Below the pieces are notes generated by a model that saw only the letters and a list, made by a program, of their open reading frames with translations, had not been told where the DNA came from and did no database searches. From Streptosporangiaceae bacterium (GTDB lineage Bacteria; Actinomycetota; Actinomycetes; Streptosporangiales; Streptosporangiaceae): a DNA stretch of 64,000 nt. Position 1 is the first letter of the stretch. Each line of letters starts with the position of its first letter. The position numbers and the translations under genes are program-made. The stretch lies in contig DASXDG010000405.1 of assembly GCA_036490795.1 (NCBI GenBank), positions 9,933-73,932 of the forward strand, read 5' to 3'. Of the stretch, positions 1-9,429 are shown piece after piece.

Positions 1-2
1 GT

Positions 3-113
3 CACTACGCGGCCTACGACAAGTACTGGGAGCAGGTCACGCCGCGCATGGTGGAGTGGTTCGTCCGGCACGTCCAGGCCCGCGACGTGGTGTACCTGGA
101 GTCCGGCCGATGA
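3..113 (+). CDS. 3' end of an upstream CDS (partial, function unknown)
   Basis: The frame is open from the window edge and ends ...DVVYLESGR then TGA at 111-113. Nearly every third codon position is G/C. Its TGA overlaps the ATG of the next gene (ATGA at 110-113). Confidence 0.5.
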   Translation, partial: HYAAYDKYWEQVTPRMVEWFVRHVQARDVVYLESGR

Positions 114-1492
114 TCCGGATCAGCGGCGGCACGGTCGTCACGCCGTCCGCGGCGGTCACCGCGGACCTGCTGATCAGCGGCGAGAGGATCGCCGGGATCG
201 TGGCGCCAGGTGTGCACACGATGGACCGGCCGGAGCACGTCATCGACGCGGCCGGCAAGCTGGTGCTGCCCGGCATGATCGACGTGCATGTGCACACGCG
301 CGAGCCCGGCTTCACGCACAAGGAAGACATCCTCAGCACCAGCCGTCAGGCGGCGGCCGGCGGCGTCACCACGATCTTCGGCATGCCCAACCTGAACCCG
401 CCGACGACGGACGTGACCACCCTCGCCGACGTGTTCGCCAGGTACGCGGCGACCTCGATCGTCGACTACAACCACAACCCGGCGGCTACTGAGCCGGACC
501 AGATCGCGCCGATGGCCGCGATGGGCGTCAACGCGTTCAAGATCTACATGGTGGTGGACACCGGTCGCACCTATCCGCACCCGGCCGGGACCGGCATGCA
601 CGGCCACGGCGACCTGCTGCGGATGATGGACACGATCGCGAAGACCGGCAAGCGGTTCATCATTCACCCGCACGACCAGGCGCTGATGGACTACATCGAG
701 GGCGAGATCCTGGGCGCGGGCGACAACACCCCGGCTGGGTACGCCCAGGCCTACGCGGCGCGCAACGGCGTCATCTGGGACACCGCGATCGAGGTCGTGC
801 TGCGGCTCGCCGAGGCGTCCGGCTGCCCCGTCCACCTGGCACACATGCAGACCAGGCGCAGCGTCGAGGCGGTGCGCCGGGCCCGGGCCCACGGCGTGGA
901 CGTGACCTGTGAGGTGAACCACTGGCTGCCATTCCTGTCTACCTGGGCCGACGTCGAACGGCTCGGCCCTTACGCGCTGTCCTACTGGGTTCCGGACGAC
1001 GCCAGGGCGGCCGTCTGGGAGGCGCTGCGCGACGGCACCATCGACATCTTCGCCTCCGACCACGCCCCGCACACCCGCGAGGAGAAAGAGGTCGGCTGGA
1101 CCCAAATGTGGAGCTCGCACACCGGCACGCCTGGCATCCAGTACTTCTATCCGCTCGGCCTGGACGCCGTCGTGCGCGGTGACCTCACCCTCGCCCGGCT
1201 GGTCGAGCTGGTGGCGACGAACCCGGCGAAGCACTTCGGGCTGGCCGGGCGCAAGGGCGCGCTGCTGCCCGGCTACGACGCGGACGTCGTGATCGCCGAC
1301 CTGGACGCGCCGTGGACGATCACCAACGACGGCGTGCTGTCCAAGATCGGCTGGACCTGCTACGACGGCCGTTCGCTCGCGGCCCGGATTGACCGGACGT
1401 TCGTCCGCGGCACCGAGGTGTACGCCGACGGCACGGTCACCGGTGTCCCCGGCCACGGCAAGCTCGCTACCTCCATGGAGAGTGATTCATGA
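110..1492 (+). CDS. Cyclic amidohydrolase (dihydroorotase / allantoinase / dihydropyrimidinase family)
   Basis: This is ORF 56-1492; I place the start at ATG 110 (MIRISGGTVV). It has the metal-ligand motif DVHVH, then GGVTT and DHAPH, as in the amidohydrolase superfamily. The exact substrate is not assignable. Confidence 0.8.
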   Translation: MIRISGGTVVTPSAAVTADLLISGERIAGIVAPGVHTMDRPEHVIDAAGKLVLPGMIDVHVHTREPGFTHKEDILSTSRQAAAGGVTTIFGMPNLNPPTTDVTTLADVFARYAATSIVDYNHNPAATEPDQIAPMAAMGVNAFKIYMVVDTGRTYPHPAGTGMHGHGDLLRMMDTIAKTGKRFIIHPHDQALMDYIEGEILGAGDNTPAGYAQAYAARNGVIWDTAIEVVLRLAEASGCPVHLAHMQTRRSVEAVRRARAHGVDVTCEVNHWLPFLSTWADVERLGPYALSYWVPDDARAAVWEALRDGTIDIFASDHAPHTREEKEVGWTQMWSSHTGTPGIQYFYPLGLDAVVRGDLTLARLVELVATNPAKHFGLAGRKGALLPGYDADVVIADLDAPWTITNDGVLSKIGWTCYDGRSLAARIDRTFVRGTEVYADGTVTGVPGHGKLATSMESDS

Positions 1493-2463
1493 AATTCGGC
1501 CTGCTGCTCCCGCACTTCGGCAAGCACGCCTCGCGGAAGAACCTGCTCGACGGCGCCAGGCACGCCGAGAACTTCGGCTTCGACTCGGTCTGGGCGCGAG
1601 ATCACCTGGTGTTCGAGCCGCACGGCGAGATGGAGGACCCGAACCGGTCCTTCTACGACGCGCTGACCACGCTGACCGCGATCGGCGCGGTCACCGAGAA
1701 GATCACCCTCGGTACCGGCTCGCTGATCCCGTTCCGGCACCCGCTGGTTACCGCGCTGATGACGGGCACGCTCACCCAGCTGGTCGGCCCGCGGCTGATC
1801 CTCGGCGTCGGCGCGGGCACGTTCCAGCACGAGTTCGACGCGATCGGCTGGGGCGACCGGGACCGGGTCGAACTGGTCAGGTCCAACGCCAACATCCTCA
1901 AGCGCGTGTTCACCGAGAACGACGTGACGTACTCCGACGATCAGTTCTCGTTCAGCAACGTGACCATCGAACCCAAGCCGGCCGGCGGACGCATCCCGTT
2001 CTGGTACTGCGGTGCCACGCCGCGGTCGGCGCGGCTGGCCGTGGAGTTCGCCGACGGCTGGATGCCCGGCCGGATCTCGCTGGGCACCATGGCCGCGCGC
2101 ATCGACTCCATGCGCAAGCTGTCCGCCGAACAGGGCAGGAAGATGCCGACGGTCGCGGTGATCCCGCCCACCTCGATCGAGGCGACCAGGGAGGAGGCAT
2201 TGCGCGACGTGAACATCCCCGGGCTGCTCGCCTGGGCGAACAAGGCCAAGTTCGCGGTCAAGCCGCCGTCCGGCCGGTTCGAGACCGTCGAAGACCTGTC
2301 CGGGCAGCTCATCGCCGGTTCGCCCGCCGATGCGGTCGAAGAGGTGCAAAAGTTCGCTGACCTGGGCGTTGAGCATCTCGTCTTCGACTTCCGGTTCAAG
2401 TTCGACCGCTGGTTCGAGCAGATCGAGCTGCTCGGCACCGAAGTCCTGCCGCACTTGCGGTGA
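1489..2463 (+). CDS. LLM-class (luciferase-like) flavin/F420-dependent oxidoreductase
   Basis: The N-terminus MKFGLLLPHFG and the motif FGFDSVWARDH are typical of this family. An ATGA overlap with the previous gene indicates translational coupling. Confidence 0.8.
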   Translation: MKFGLLLPHFGKHASRKNLLDGARHAENFGFDSVWARDHLVFEPHGEMEDPNRSFYDALTTLTAIGAVTEKITLGTGSLIPFRHPLVTALMTGTLTQLVGPRLILGVGAGTFQHEFDAIGWGDRDRVELVRSNANILKRVFTENDVTYSDDQFSFSNVTIEPKPAGGRIPFWYCGATPRSARLAVEFADGWMPGRISLGTMAARIDSMRKLSAEQGRKMPTVAVIPPTSIEATREEALRDVNIPGLLAWANKAKFAVKPPSGRFETVEDLSGQLIAGSPADAVEEVQKFADLGVEHLVFDFRFKFDRWFEQIELLGTEVLPHLR

Positions 2464-3722
2464 GGGATCTGTCGCGGGCTCTCGCCGAAAGGCTCGACGC
2501 GGCGGACCCGCTGGCTGAGTTCCGCTCGAGCTTCGAGCTGCCCGATCCCGGCCTGATCTACCTGGACGGCAACTCGCTCGGGCGGATGCCGGCCGCCACT
2601 CCAGGGCGGCTCAACGACGTGCTGCGACGGGAGTGGGCGGACCGGCTGATCAGGTCGTGGAACGAGAGCTGGTTCGACCTTCCGTCCCGGGTCGGCGACC
2701 TGATCGGCGAGCATTTCCTCGGCGCCGCACCAGGCCAGGTCGTGGTCGCCGACTCGACCACGGTGAACTTCTACAAGCTGGTCGCCGCCGCCGCCGGCGC
2801 CAGGCCAGACCGGCGAAGGATCATAACTGACCGTGGTAACTTCCCCACCGACCGGTACGTGGTCGAAGGGGTGGCCGCCGCCCGCGGGCTCACCGCCACC
2901 CTGGCGGAGTTCGACGAGATCGACGGCCCGGCCCCGTCCGCCGTCGCCGCGTGCGTGGACAGGGACGTCGCGCTGGTCACGCTGTCGCTGGTGGACTACC
3001 GGTCAGGGGCGCTCGCCGACATGGCGGCGATCAACGAGGTCGTGCACGCGGCCGGCGCCCTGGTCCTGTGGGACTTGTCGCACGCGGCCGGCGCGGTGCC
3101 GATCGAGCTGGACGGCACCGGCACCGACCTGGCCGTCGGCTGCACCTATAAATACCTGAACGGCGGGCCAGGCGCCCCGGCCTTCCTGTACGTGCGATCG
3201 GGCCTGGTGGGCGAGCTGCTGCCGCCGATCTGGGGCTGGTACGGCCAGCGCGACCAGTTCGCGATGGGCCAGGGCTTCGCGCCGGTGCCCGGCACCGGCC
3301 GGTTCCTGTCCGGCACGCCGCACGTGCTCGGCGCGATCGGCGCCGAGGAGGGCGCCCGGCTGCTGGCCGAGGCGGGCATCGGCCGGCTCAGGGACAAGAG
3401 CGTCCGGCTGACCGAGCTCGCCATCGAGCTGGCCGACGCGTGGCTCGCGCCGCACGGCTTGACGCTCGCGTCACCCAGAGACGCCGCGCGGCGGGGCTCG
3501 CACATCTCGCTGGCCCACTCCGACGGCTACCGGATCTGCCGCGCGCTGATCGAGCTGGCCGGTGTCGTTCCCGACTTCCGTCAACCGGACCGGATCCGGC
3601 TCGGCTTCGCGCCCGCCTACACCCGGTACACCGACGTCTGGGACGGCATGGACCGGCTGCGCGCGATCGTGGCCGGCGGCGCCCACCTGACCATCGACCT
3701 CCCCGACCTCCCGGTCACCTGA
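2460..3722 (+). CDS. kynU: Kynureninase (PLP-dependent, class V aminotransferase fold)
   Basis: The motifs YLDGNSLG, IRSWN, FPTDRY, WDLSHAAGAVP, GCTYKYLNGGPGAPAFLYV, RGSHISL and IRLGFAPAYTRYTDVWD match bacterial kynureninases as I recall them. The GTG start overlaps the previous stop. Confidence 0.8.
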   Translation: MRDLSRALAERLDAADPLAEFRSSFELPDPGLIYLDGNSLGRMPAATPGRLNDVLRREWADRLIRSWNESWFDLPSRVGDLIGEHFLGAAPGQVVVADSTTVNFYKLVAAAAGARPDRRRIITDRGNFPTDRYVVEGVAAARGLTATLAEFDEIDGPAPSAVAACVDRDVALVTLSLVDYRSGALADMAAINEVVHAAGALVLWDLSHAAGAVPIELDGTGTDLAVGCTYKYLNGGPGAPAFLYVRSGLVGELLPPIWGWYGQRDQFAMGQGFAPVPGTGRFLSGTPHVLGAIGAEEGARLLAEAGIGRLRDKSVRLTELAIELADAWLAPHGLTLASPRDAARRGSHISLAHSDGYRICRALIELAGVVPDFRQPDRIRLGFAPAYTRYTDVWDGMDRLRAIVAGGAHLTIDLPDLPVT

Positions 3723-3785
3723 CACCAGCCTCGCACCGATAGGGGTAAAGCAGGCTCGCGGCGGGTGCCCGCGGTGCCCGGGGCT

Positions 3786-3901
3786 GGGGGCTCGCGGTGC
3801 CCGAGGGGCTGCGGGGGCTGGGGGGCTGGGGGCTCGCGGTGCCCGGGGGGCCTGCGGCGCGCGGGCCCCCTTCCGAGGGGGCTCGCGGCGCGCAAGCCCC
3901 C
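3786..3901. repeat. GC-rich direct repeats plus hairpin between convergent genes (probable bidirectional terminator region)
   Basis: GGGGGCTCGCGG(T/C)G occurs at 3786, 3828 and 3877. A perfect 7-bp stem pairs GGGGGCT (3877-3883) with AGCCCCC (3895-3901). No convincing ORF lies here. Confidence 0.35.
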
Positions 3902-3951
3902 TTGACGCTTAGGGGCCTGGGGCGCCGCAACCCCCTCCCCCTGGCGGGCGG

Positions 3952-5199
3952 TCAGCCGGACTGGATGGCGTCGGCCGGGGCGGCGGACCGGGCGGTGGAC
4001 GAAGCGATCAGTGCCAGCAGCGGGGAGGTGACGACGGTGGTCAGCACGGCCATGACGACGAGCACGCAGAAGACCTGAGGCCCGATGATTGCGGCGGTCA
4101 GCCCGACGTTGAGCGCGATGAGCTCGGTGAGGCCGCGCGAGTTGACCAGTGCGGCGACGGTCGCCGCGTCCTCGGAATTCAGGCCGCCGATCCGCCCGGC
4201 CACGAAGGCCGGACCGAGCTTGCCGCCGACGGCGATGACGCAGACCAGCGCCAGCAGCACGAAGCCGCCGCCGTTCAGGCTGCTCAGGTTCACCGACAGG
4301 CCGGTGACAACGAAGAACAGCGGCAGGAACAGTCCCGCCACCCCGGTCAGGTCGCGGCGGAACGCGACGTCTTCCGCCGCGCTCAGCCTGGGCATGGTCA
4401 GGCCCGCGAGGAATCCGCCGAAGACCGGGTGCAGGCCGATCGACGCGGTCACCCACGCGCTGGCCAGCGCGAGCACCACGGCCAGCACGAACACGTTCGT
4501 CTGCGGCACGCGCCTCATCCACCGGCGCAGCAGCGGCCGGACGGCGACCAGCATGACCACCGCGAAGCCGGTGATCAGCAGCAGCGTGACCCACCATGGG
4601 CGCCCGGTATGGCCGGCCGTGGTGGCCAGCGCCGCCGCGAGCACGACCCAGGCGGCCACATCCATCATGCCCGCCGCGGACGTGGCGGTCAGACCGGCCG
4701 GGGTCCTGTCGATGCCCCGCTCGCGCGCGATCGCGGCCAGCACGGGCAGCGCGGTGATCGACACGGCGACGCCGATGAACAGGACGAAGGAACGGCCGCT
4801 CGCGACCTGCCCGACGGCGGTGAACTGTGCCCGGAAGATCAGCGCGGCCCCGATGCCGAGCGCCATCGGGACGGTGAAGGCACTCGCCGCGACCATGGCG
4901 ACCACGCCCGATCGCCGGCGCAGCGCCTGCCAGTCCACCTCGTACCCGACCAGGAACATGAATAGCGCGACGGCGACCTGGGACACGATGCTGAGCACAG
5001 GCACGGCCGTATGCGGGAAGAAGCGGGCGCTGAGATGACCCGGCAGGTGGCCGAGGAGGCTCGGGCCCAGCACGATCCCGGCGATGATCTGGCCGACGAC
5101 AGCGGGCTGTCCGCATTTGCGCGCGGCGATGCCGAACAACCAGGCAAGGGCGAGTACGAGCGCGAGGTCACCGATGACATCGGCGATCAAGACATCCAT
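3952..5199 (-). CDS. Cation:proton antiporter (CPA2/Kef-type)
   Basis: The 415-aa product is polytopic and hydrophobic. Its N-terminus (LALAWLFGIAARKCGQPAVVGQIIAGIVLGPSLLG) is the typical Na+/H+-exchanger family opening. Confidence 0.8.
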   Translation of the reverse strand: MDVLIADVIGDLALVLALAWLFGIAARKCGQPAVVGQIIAGIVLGPSLLGHLPGHLSARFFPHTAVPVLSIVSQVAVALFMFLVGYEVDWQALRRRSGVVAMVAASAFTVPMALGIGAALIFRAQFTAVGQVASGRSFVLFIGVAVSITALPVLAAIARERGIDRTPAGLTATSAAGMMDVAAWVVLAAALATTAGHTGRPWWVTLLLITGFAVVMLVAVRPLLRRWMRRVPQTNVFVLAVVLALASAWVTASIGLHPVFGGFLAGLTMPRLSAAEDVAFRRDLTGVAGLFLPLFFVVTGLSVNLSSLNGGGFVLLALVCVIAVGGKLGPAFVAGRIGGLNSEDAATVAALVNSRGLTELIALNVGLTAAIIGPQVFCVLVVMAVLTTVVTSPLLALIASSTARSAAPADAIQSG

Positions 5200-5933
5200 A
5201 ACGGCTCCAGCGCGGTGAGTGCCTGTTCAATGGTGAACGCGCCCGTGTACAGGGCCTTGCCGACGATCGCGGCCTCTACCCCGTGTCCGGCCAGGCCGCC
5301 GAGGGCGCGCAGGTCGGCCAAGCTGGACACGCCGCCGCTGGCGATCACCGGGCGGCTGGTGTGCCGGCAGGCATACCGGAGCAAGGACAGATTCGGACCG
5401 GTCAACGCGCCGTCGCGGGCCGATTCCGTGACGACGAACCGGGCGCAGCCTGCTGACTCCAGCCGGGCTAGCGCGCTGGTGAGGGAACCGAACTGACGGT
5501 CGCCGCCGCGTGGCGCCAGCCGGTACCCCCGGCGACCGAGCCGGTCGGCGACGTCGAGACCCACCGCGACCCGGCCGCCGTGCTGAGCCACCACCCGGTA
5601 CACCCAGTCCGGGTTCTCCATGGCGATGGTGCCGATCACCGCTCGCTGGCACCCGGTGGCAAGGGCGGCGCCCAGCGCCGTCTCGTCGTAGATACCGCCG
5701 GACAACTGCACGGAAACATCGAGCTCACCGACGATAGCGGCGATCAGTTCCGCGTTGCTGCCCCGGCCGTACGCCGCGTCCAGGTCGACCAGATGCACCC
5801 ACTGCGCGCCGGCTCGCTGCCAGGCGAGCGCGGCGCGCAGCGGATCGGTAGAGCCTGACATCCCGGCGGCGGACGGGAGCGGCGACACGGAAAGGCCGCC
5901 GGACACGTCCACCGCCGGGAGCAGGGCGATCAT
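5187..5933 (-). CDS. HisA/PriA-like phosphoribosyl isomerase (TIM barrel)
   Basis: I place the start at ATG 5933 (MIALLPAVDVSGG), inside the longer tracked ORF 5187-6626. The motifs AVDV, VHLVDLDAA, VQLSGGI, ASGGVSSLADL and AIVGKALY are present. An ATGA overlap links it to the permease gene upstream. Confidence 0.7.
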   Translation of the reverse strand: MIALLPAVDVSGGLSVSPLPSAAGMSGSTDPLRAALAWQRAGAQWVHLVDLDAAYGRGSNAELIAAIVGELDVSVQLSGGIYDETALGAALATGCQRAVIGTIAMENPDWVYRVVAQHGGRVAVGLDVADRLGRRGYRLAPRGGDRQFGSLTSALARLESAGCARFVVTESARDGALTGPNLSLLRYACRHTSRPVIASGGVSSLADLRALGGLAGHGVEAAIVGKALYTGAFTIEQALTALEPLWMS

Positions 5934-7324
5934 CGCGTCGCGGCAGCCGCGGACGCGGGTACTGAATTGTTGACGGTCTCGCCGCGATTGAGGGCGTAGT
6001 AGAGACCGGCGGCCACGATCAGGCCGAAGATCCATGAGATGTCCGCGCCGCCCAGGTGCTTGACCATAGGCCCGGTGTAGAACGTGGTGCTCATGAACGG
6101 AACCTCGACCAGGATCGCGATGGCGTAGGTGACGATCGTGCGGACGTTGAACCGGCCGTAGATCCCGTCGGCGCGGAAGATCGAGTCCATGTCGTACTTC
6201 TCCTTGCGGATCAGGTAGAAGTCGGTCAGGTTGATCGCCGTCCACGGGATCATGAAGTAGGCCAGGAACAAGATGAAGTTCTGGAACGAGACGAGGAAGC
6301 TCGACGTCGCGGCGATCGCCACGATCGTGCCGATGATCGCCGAGATCAGGATGAACACGGTCCTGACCTGGCTCTTCATCTGGAGCGGCCGCAACGCGGT
6401 GACCGTCGTGGTGACGCACATGAACATGCCGTACAGGTTCAGCACGTTCACCGCGACCACGCCCAAGATGATGATGATCGCGAATAGCCAGTGCGCGCCT
6501 GAGCCGCCGAGGTCGGTGAAGAACGACACGTTGCCGTCGCCGAACGCGTTGGCCGCGACGGACGCCGCGATCGCGCCGAAGATCATCATCCAGATCGTGC
6601 CGATGACCGTGCCGGCGTAGGTCCACCAGAACGACGCCTTAACCGGGGTGTCCTTCGGCAGGTAGCGGGAGTAGTCCGCGACGTAGGGCGCGTAGGTGAT
6701 CTGCCAGGTGATGGCCAGCGTCATCACCAGCAGGAACGTCCCGAACGAGAAGTGTCCCCCGTGCCAGACCGTGCCGACGTGGAACTTGGTGAACAGCCGG
6801 ATCGTCAGGTAGAGGAACCCGATGCCGCTGACCAGCGCGATCCACCGTTCATATGCGTGGATCAGCCGGTACCCGTAGACCGCCAGCACCGTACACAGAG
6901 CCGCGACGATGATCGTGGCGGGCGTGGTGCCGATGTGCCACCAGTTCGCCAGGGCCGACCCGCCGAGCACCGCGCTGAGGGCGAAGAACCCGACGTACAT
7001 CAGCACGACCAGCAGCAGCGGGATGATCGCGCCGTAGAACCCAAACTGAGCCCGGCTCTGGATCATCTGCGGGATGCCCAGCTTCGGACCCTGCGCCGAG
7101 TGCAGCGCCATGAAGATCGCGCCGAACAGGTTGCCGATCACGATAGCGAGCACCGCCCACGGCAGCGACGCCCCGACGAAGATGGCGACCGCACCAGTCA
7201 CGACGGTGGTGATCTGCATGTTCGCGCTGAACCAGACGGTGAACAGGCTACGGACCGAGCCGTGCCGCTCATCGTCGGGTATCACATCGATTGACCGTCT
7301 CTCGACGGTCAGTGAACTTTCCAT
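5930..7324 (-). CDS. NCS1-family nucleobase/cytosine/hydantoin-type permease
   Basis: The N-terminus SIDVIPDDERHGSVRSLFTVWFSANMQITTVVTGA is characteristic of purine-cytosine permeases, and the protein has about 12 hydrophobic segments. Confidence 0.8.
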   Translation of the reverse strand: MESSLTVERRSIDVIPDDERHGSVRSLFTVWFSANMQITTVVTGAVAIFVGASLPWAVLAIVIGNLFGAIFMALHSAQGPKLGIPQMIQSRAQFGFYGAIIPLLLVVLMYVGFFALSAVLGGSALANWWHIGTTPATIIVAALCTVLAVYGYRLIHAYERWIALVSGIGFLYLTIRLFTKFHVGTVWHGGHFSFGTFLLVMTLAITWQITYAPYVADYSRYLPKDTPVKASFWWTYAGTVIGTIWMMIFGAIAASVAANAFGDGNVSFFTDLGGSGAHWLFAIIIILGVVAVNVLNLYGMFMCVTTTVTALRPLQMKSQVRTVFILISAIIGTIVAIAATSSFLVSFQNFILFLAYFMIPWTAINLTDFYLIRKEKYDMDSIFRADGIYGRFNVRTIVTYAIAILVEVPFMSTTFYTGPMVKHLGGADISWIFGLIVAAGLYYALNRGETVNNSVPASAAAATR

Positions 7325-7368
7325 TTCCTATCAGGTTCCCTTTCTCTGATGTATGTAGGTGGTGGTGC

Positions 7369-8883
7369 TCACCTGCAGGTCTCCGCTATCTCCGGCAGAG
7401 CATGCAGGGCGCCGCGCTCGCTGAGGGTCACCGGATAGCAGCCGTCCATGCAGGCACGGCACAAGTGGTCCGGCGGCTGCCCCGTTGTCGCGATGAGACT
7501 GGGCAGCGTGAGATACCCGAGCGAGTCGGCACCGAGGACGGAGCGGATGTCATCAACCGCCCGTTCCGCGGCGATCAGTTGATCGCTGGTAGCGAAGTCA
7601 AACCCGAAAAAACATGGCCAGCGGATCGGCGGCGAGGCGATCCGCAGGTGCACGGCGGTCGCGCCCGCCGTGCGCAGCATCGCGGTCAGCAGGCTTTGCG
7701 TGGTGCCGCGGACGATCGAGTCGTCGACGACGACCACCCGCTTGCCGCGGACCACCGCGCCGATCGGCGCTAGCTTGAGCCGCAGCCCCTCAGTCCGCAG
7801 GCCGGGGAACGGCTGGATGAAGGTGCGGCCGACGTACGGGCTCCGCACGAATCCCTGCGCGTACGGCAGCCCGGAGGCCGCGGCGAAGCCGAGCGCCGAC
7901 GGCGTGCCGGAATCGGGCACGCCGACGACAAGGTCAGCGTCCGGCGCGGGATGCTCGCGGGCAAGCGCCCGCCCGGCCTGGTGACGGGCCTCGTAGACGC
8001 TTCGGCCGTCCAGCACGCTGTCCGAACGCGCCAGGTAGACGTACTCGAACAGGCATGCCTTCGGCCGGGCCGGCGCCCAGCGCACTGAACGGGGGCCGAA
8101 CTCGTCGATGATGAGCAGTTCCGCGGGCTCGACGACGCGGACCACTTCGCCGCCGATGGCCTCGATGGCGGCCGTCTCGCTCGCCACCACCCAGCCGGTG
8201 TCCCCGTTGCCGTGCGCCCCGGTGCCGAAGTTCCCTGCGCCAAAGTTCACGGTGCCGAGCGTCAGCGGCCGGAAACCGTGCGGGTCTCGGGTGGCGAGCA
8301 GCCGGCCGTGATCCATGATCACCAGCGAGAACGCTCCGCGCAGGTTCCGAAAAACATCCACCGCGGCGGGCACCAGGTCGTCGTTATGATCATCTAGGCT
8401 GTCGCCGAGGGCGGCGGCGAGCACATGTGAGTCGCTGACCACCGCGTCGAGGCGGTCAGCGGTCCGCGCGTAGCCGAGCAGGTTGCCGTTGTGCGCGAGC
8501 GCGAAGCGCCCGGCCGCGTCGAGCGCGGGCTGGGCGTTGACCGGTGCGGTGGATCCGCTGGTCGAGTACCTGGTGTGCCCGATCGCGACGTGGCCCCGCA
8601 TCGCCTCCAGTCCGGCCCGGTCGAAGACCTGGCTGACCAGCCCAGGGCCACGATGGCAGTCGATGGCCGACCCGTCCCCGACGGCGATCCCGGCCGACTC
8701 CTCTCCCCGGTGCTGCAGCACCTGCAGCCCGAGGTAGGTGAGCCCGGAGACGGAGCGGCCAGGAGCGTAGACGCCGAAGACGCCGCACGCTTCCTTCGGC
8801 GGTCCGGCCTGGCCGGGTATCGCGGGGCCCGGTATCACAGAACCTTGCACCGCAATCCGGCAATCGAGAGCTGGAGCAGGCAC
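7369..8883 (-). CDS. Amidophosphoribosyltransferase-like (PurF paralogue: class II glutamine amidotransferase + PRT domain)
   Basis: It has the Ntn-type CGVFGV motif, GHTRYSTSG, AHNGNL and the PRPP loop VVVVDDSIVRGTT. The start is uncertain: the tracked start overlaps the next gene by 49 nt, so the true start is probably nearer the CGVFGV cysteine. Confidence 0.75.
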   Translation of the reverse strand: MPAPALDCRIAVQGSVIPGPAIPGQAGPPKEACGVFGVYAPGRSVSGLTYLGLQVLQHRGEESAGIAVGDGSAIDCHRGPGLVSQVFDRAGLEAMRGHVAIGHTRYSTSGSTAPVNAQPALDAAGRFALAHNGNLLGYARTADRLDAVVSDSHVLAAALGDSLDDHNDDLVPAAVDVFRNLRGAFSLVIMDHGRLLATRDPHGFRPLTLGTVNFGAGNFGTGAHGNGDTGWVVASETAAIEAIGGEVVRVVEPAELLIIDEFGPRSVRWAPARPKACLFEYVYLARSDSVLDGRSVYEARHQAGRALAREHPAPDADLVVGVPDSGTPSALGFAAASGLPYAQGFVRSPYVGRTFIQPFPGLRTEGLRLKLAPIGAVVRGKRVVVVDDSIVRGTTQSLLTAMLRTAGATAVHLRIASPPIRWPCFFGFDFATSDQLIAAERAVDDIRSVLGADSLGYLTLPSLIATTGQPPDHLCRACMDGCYPVTLSERGALHALPEIAETCR

Positions 8884-9404
8884 TTGATGTCGTGACCGGT
8901 GGCGTCCTTGACCCGCTGGCGGCCCTCGTATTCCACCTTCTCCGCGACGCAGATGATGTCGCGGATCCTGGCTCCGCTCTGCTCGATCGCGTTGATCAGC
9001 GCGATCATCGTGCCGCCCGTGCTGATCAGGTCGTCCACGATGACGACTTCGTCGTCCGGCTGGACGCCGTTGAGATAGATCCTGCCGTCGACGTACTCGG
9101 CGCCGAACTCCACCGAGATCTGCCCCTCCAGGCCCGACGGGTACCAGCGGGCCAGGCCGAACGGCAGCCCGGTCACCATGGAGACGGCGGCCACCAGCAC
9201 GCCGCCCTTGTCCTCCTCCCCTACGACCACATTGGCCGACCCGAAGTCACCGGCGGAGACGATCCCCCACGCGGCGGCCTGGAGCATCTCGGCAGGGGTG
9301 GCCGGAACCTGTTCGGTGAGCGGGTTGATGACGAACCTGCGCCCGTTGATCTCAACTAGCGGGCAATCGTCGAAGGCCGCGCGCAGCAGCTGGTCAGAGG
9401 TCAC
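8835..9404 (-). CDS. Type I phosphoribosyltransferase (APRT/OPRT-like)
   Basis: It carries the PRPP-binding loop VVIVDDLISTGGT and is about 190 aa long. Confidence 0.7.
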   Translation of the reverse strand: MTSDQLLRAAFDDCPLVEINGRRFVINPLTEQVPATPAEMLQAAAWGIVSAGDFGSANVVVGEEDKGGVLVAAVSMVTGLPFGLARWYPSGLEGQISVEFGAEYVDGRIYLNGVQPDDEVVIVDDLISTGGTMIALINAIEQSGARIRDIICVAEKVEYEGRQRVKDATGHDIKCLLQLSIAGLRCKVL

Positions 9405-9429
9405 TCATCGCTCCCTTGGGTGAGGACAG

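Noticed and set aside
14-1456. A long antisense ORF (480 aa) opposite the amidohydrolase gene. Similar shadow ORFs lie at 1360-2454, 3617-5116, 26347-27513, 33874-35679, 35887-36996, 38729-40459, 58330-59709 and 61489-63075.
   Set aside because: Long stop-free antisense frames are typical of high-G+C DNA. The products are Arg/Pro/Gly/His-rich with no family motifs, while the opposite-strand ORFs carry clear family signatures and operon-consistent starts and stops.
5934-6626. The N-terminal extension of tracked ORF 5187-6626, which would give a 479-aa HisA-like protein.
   Set aside because: The extension overlaps the NCS1 permease gene in another frame and is Arg/Asp/His-rich junk. The HisA-like homology begins at MIALLPAVDV, with an ATGA overlap at 5930-5933.
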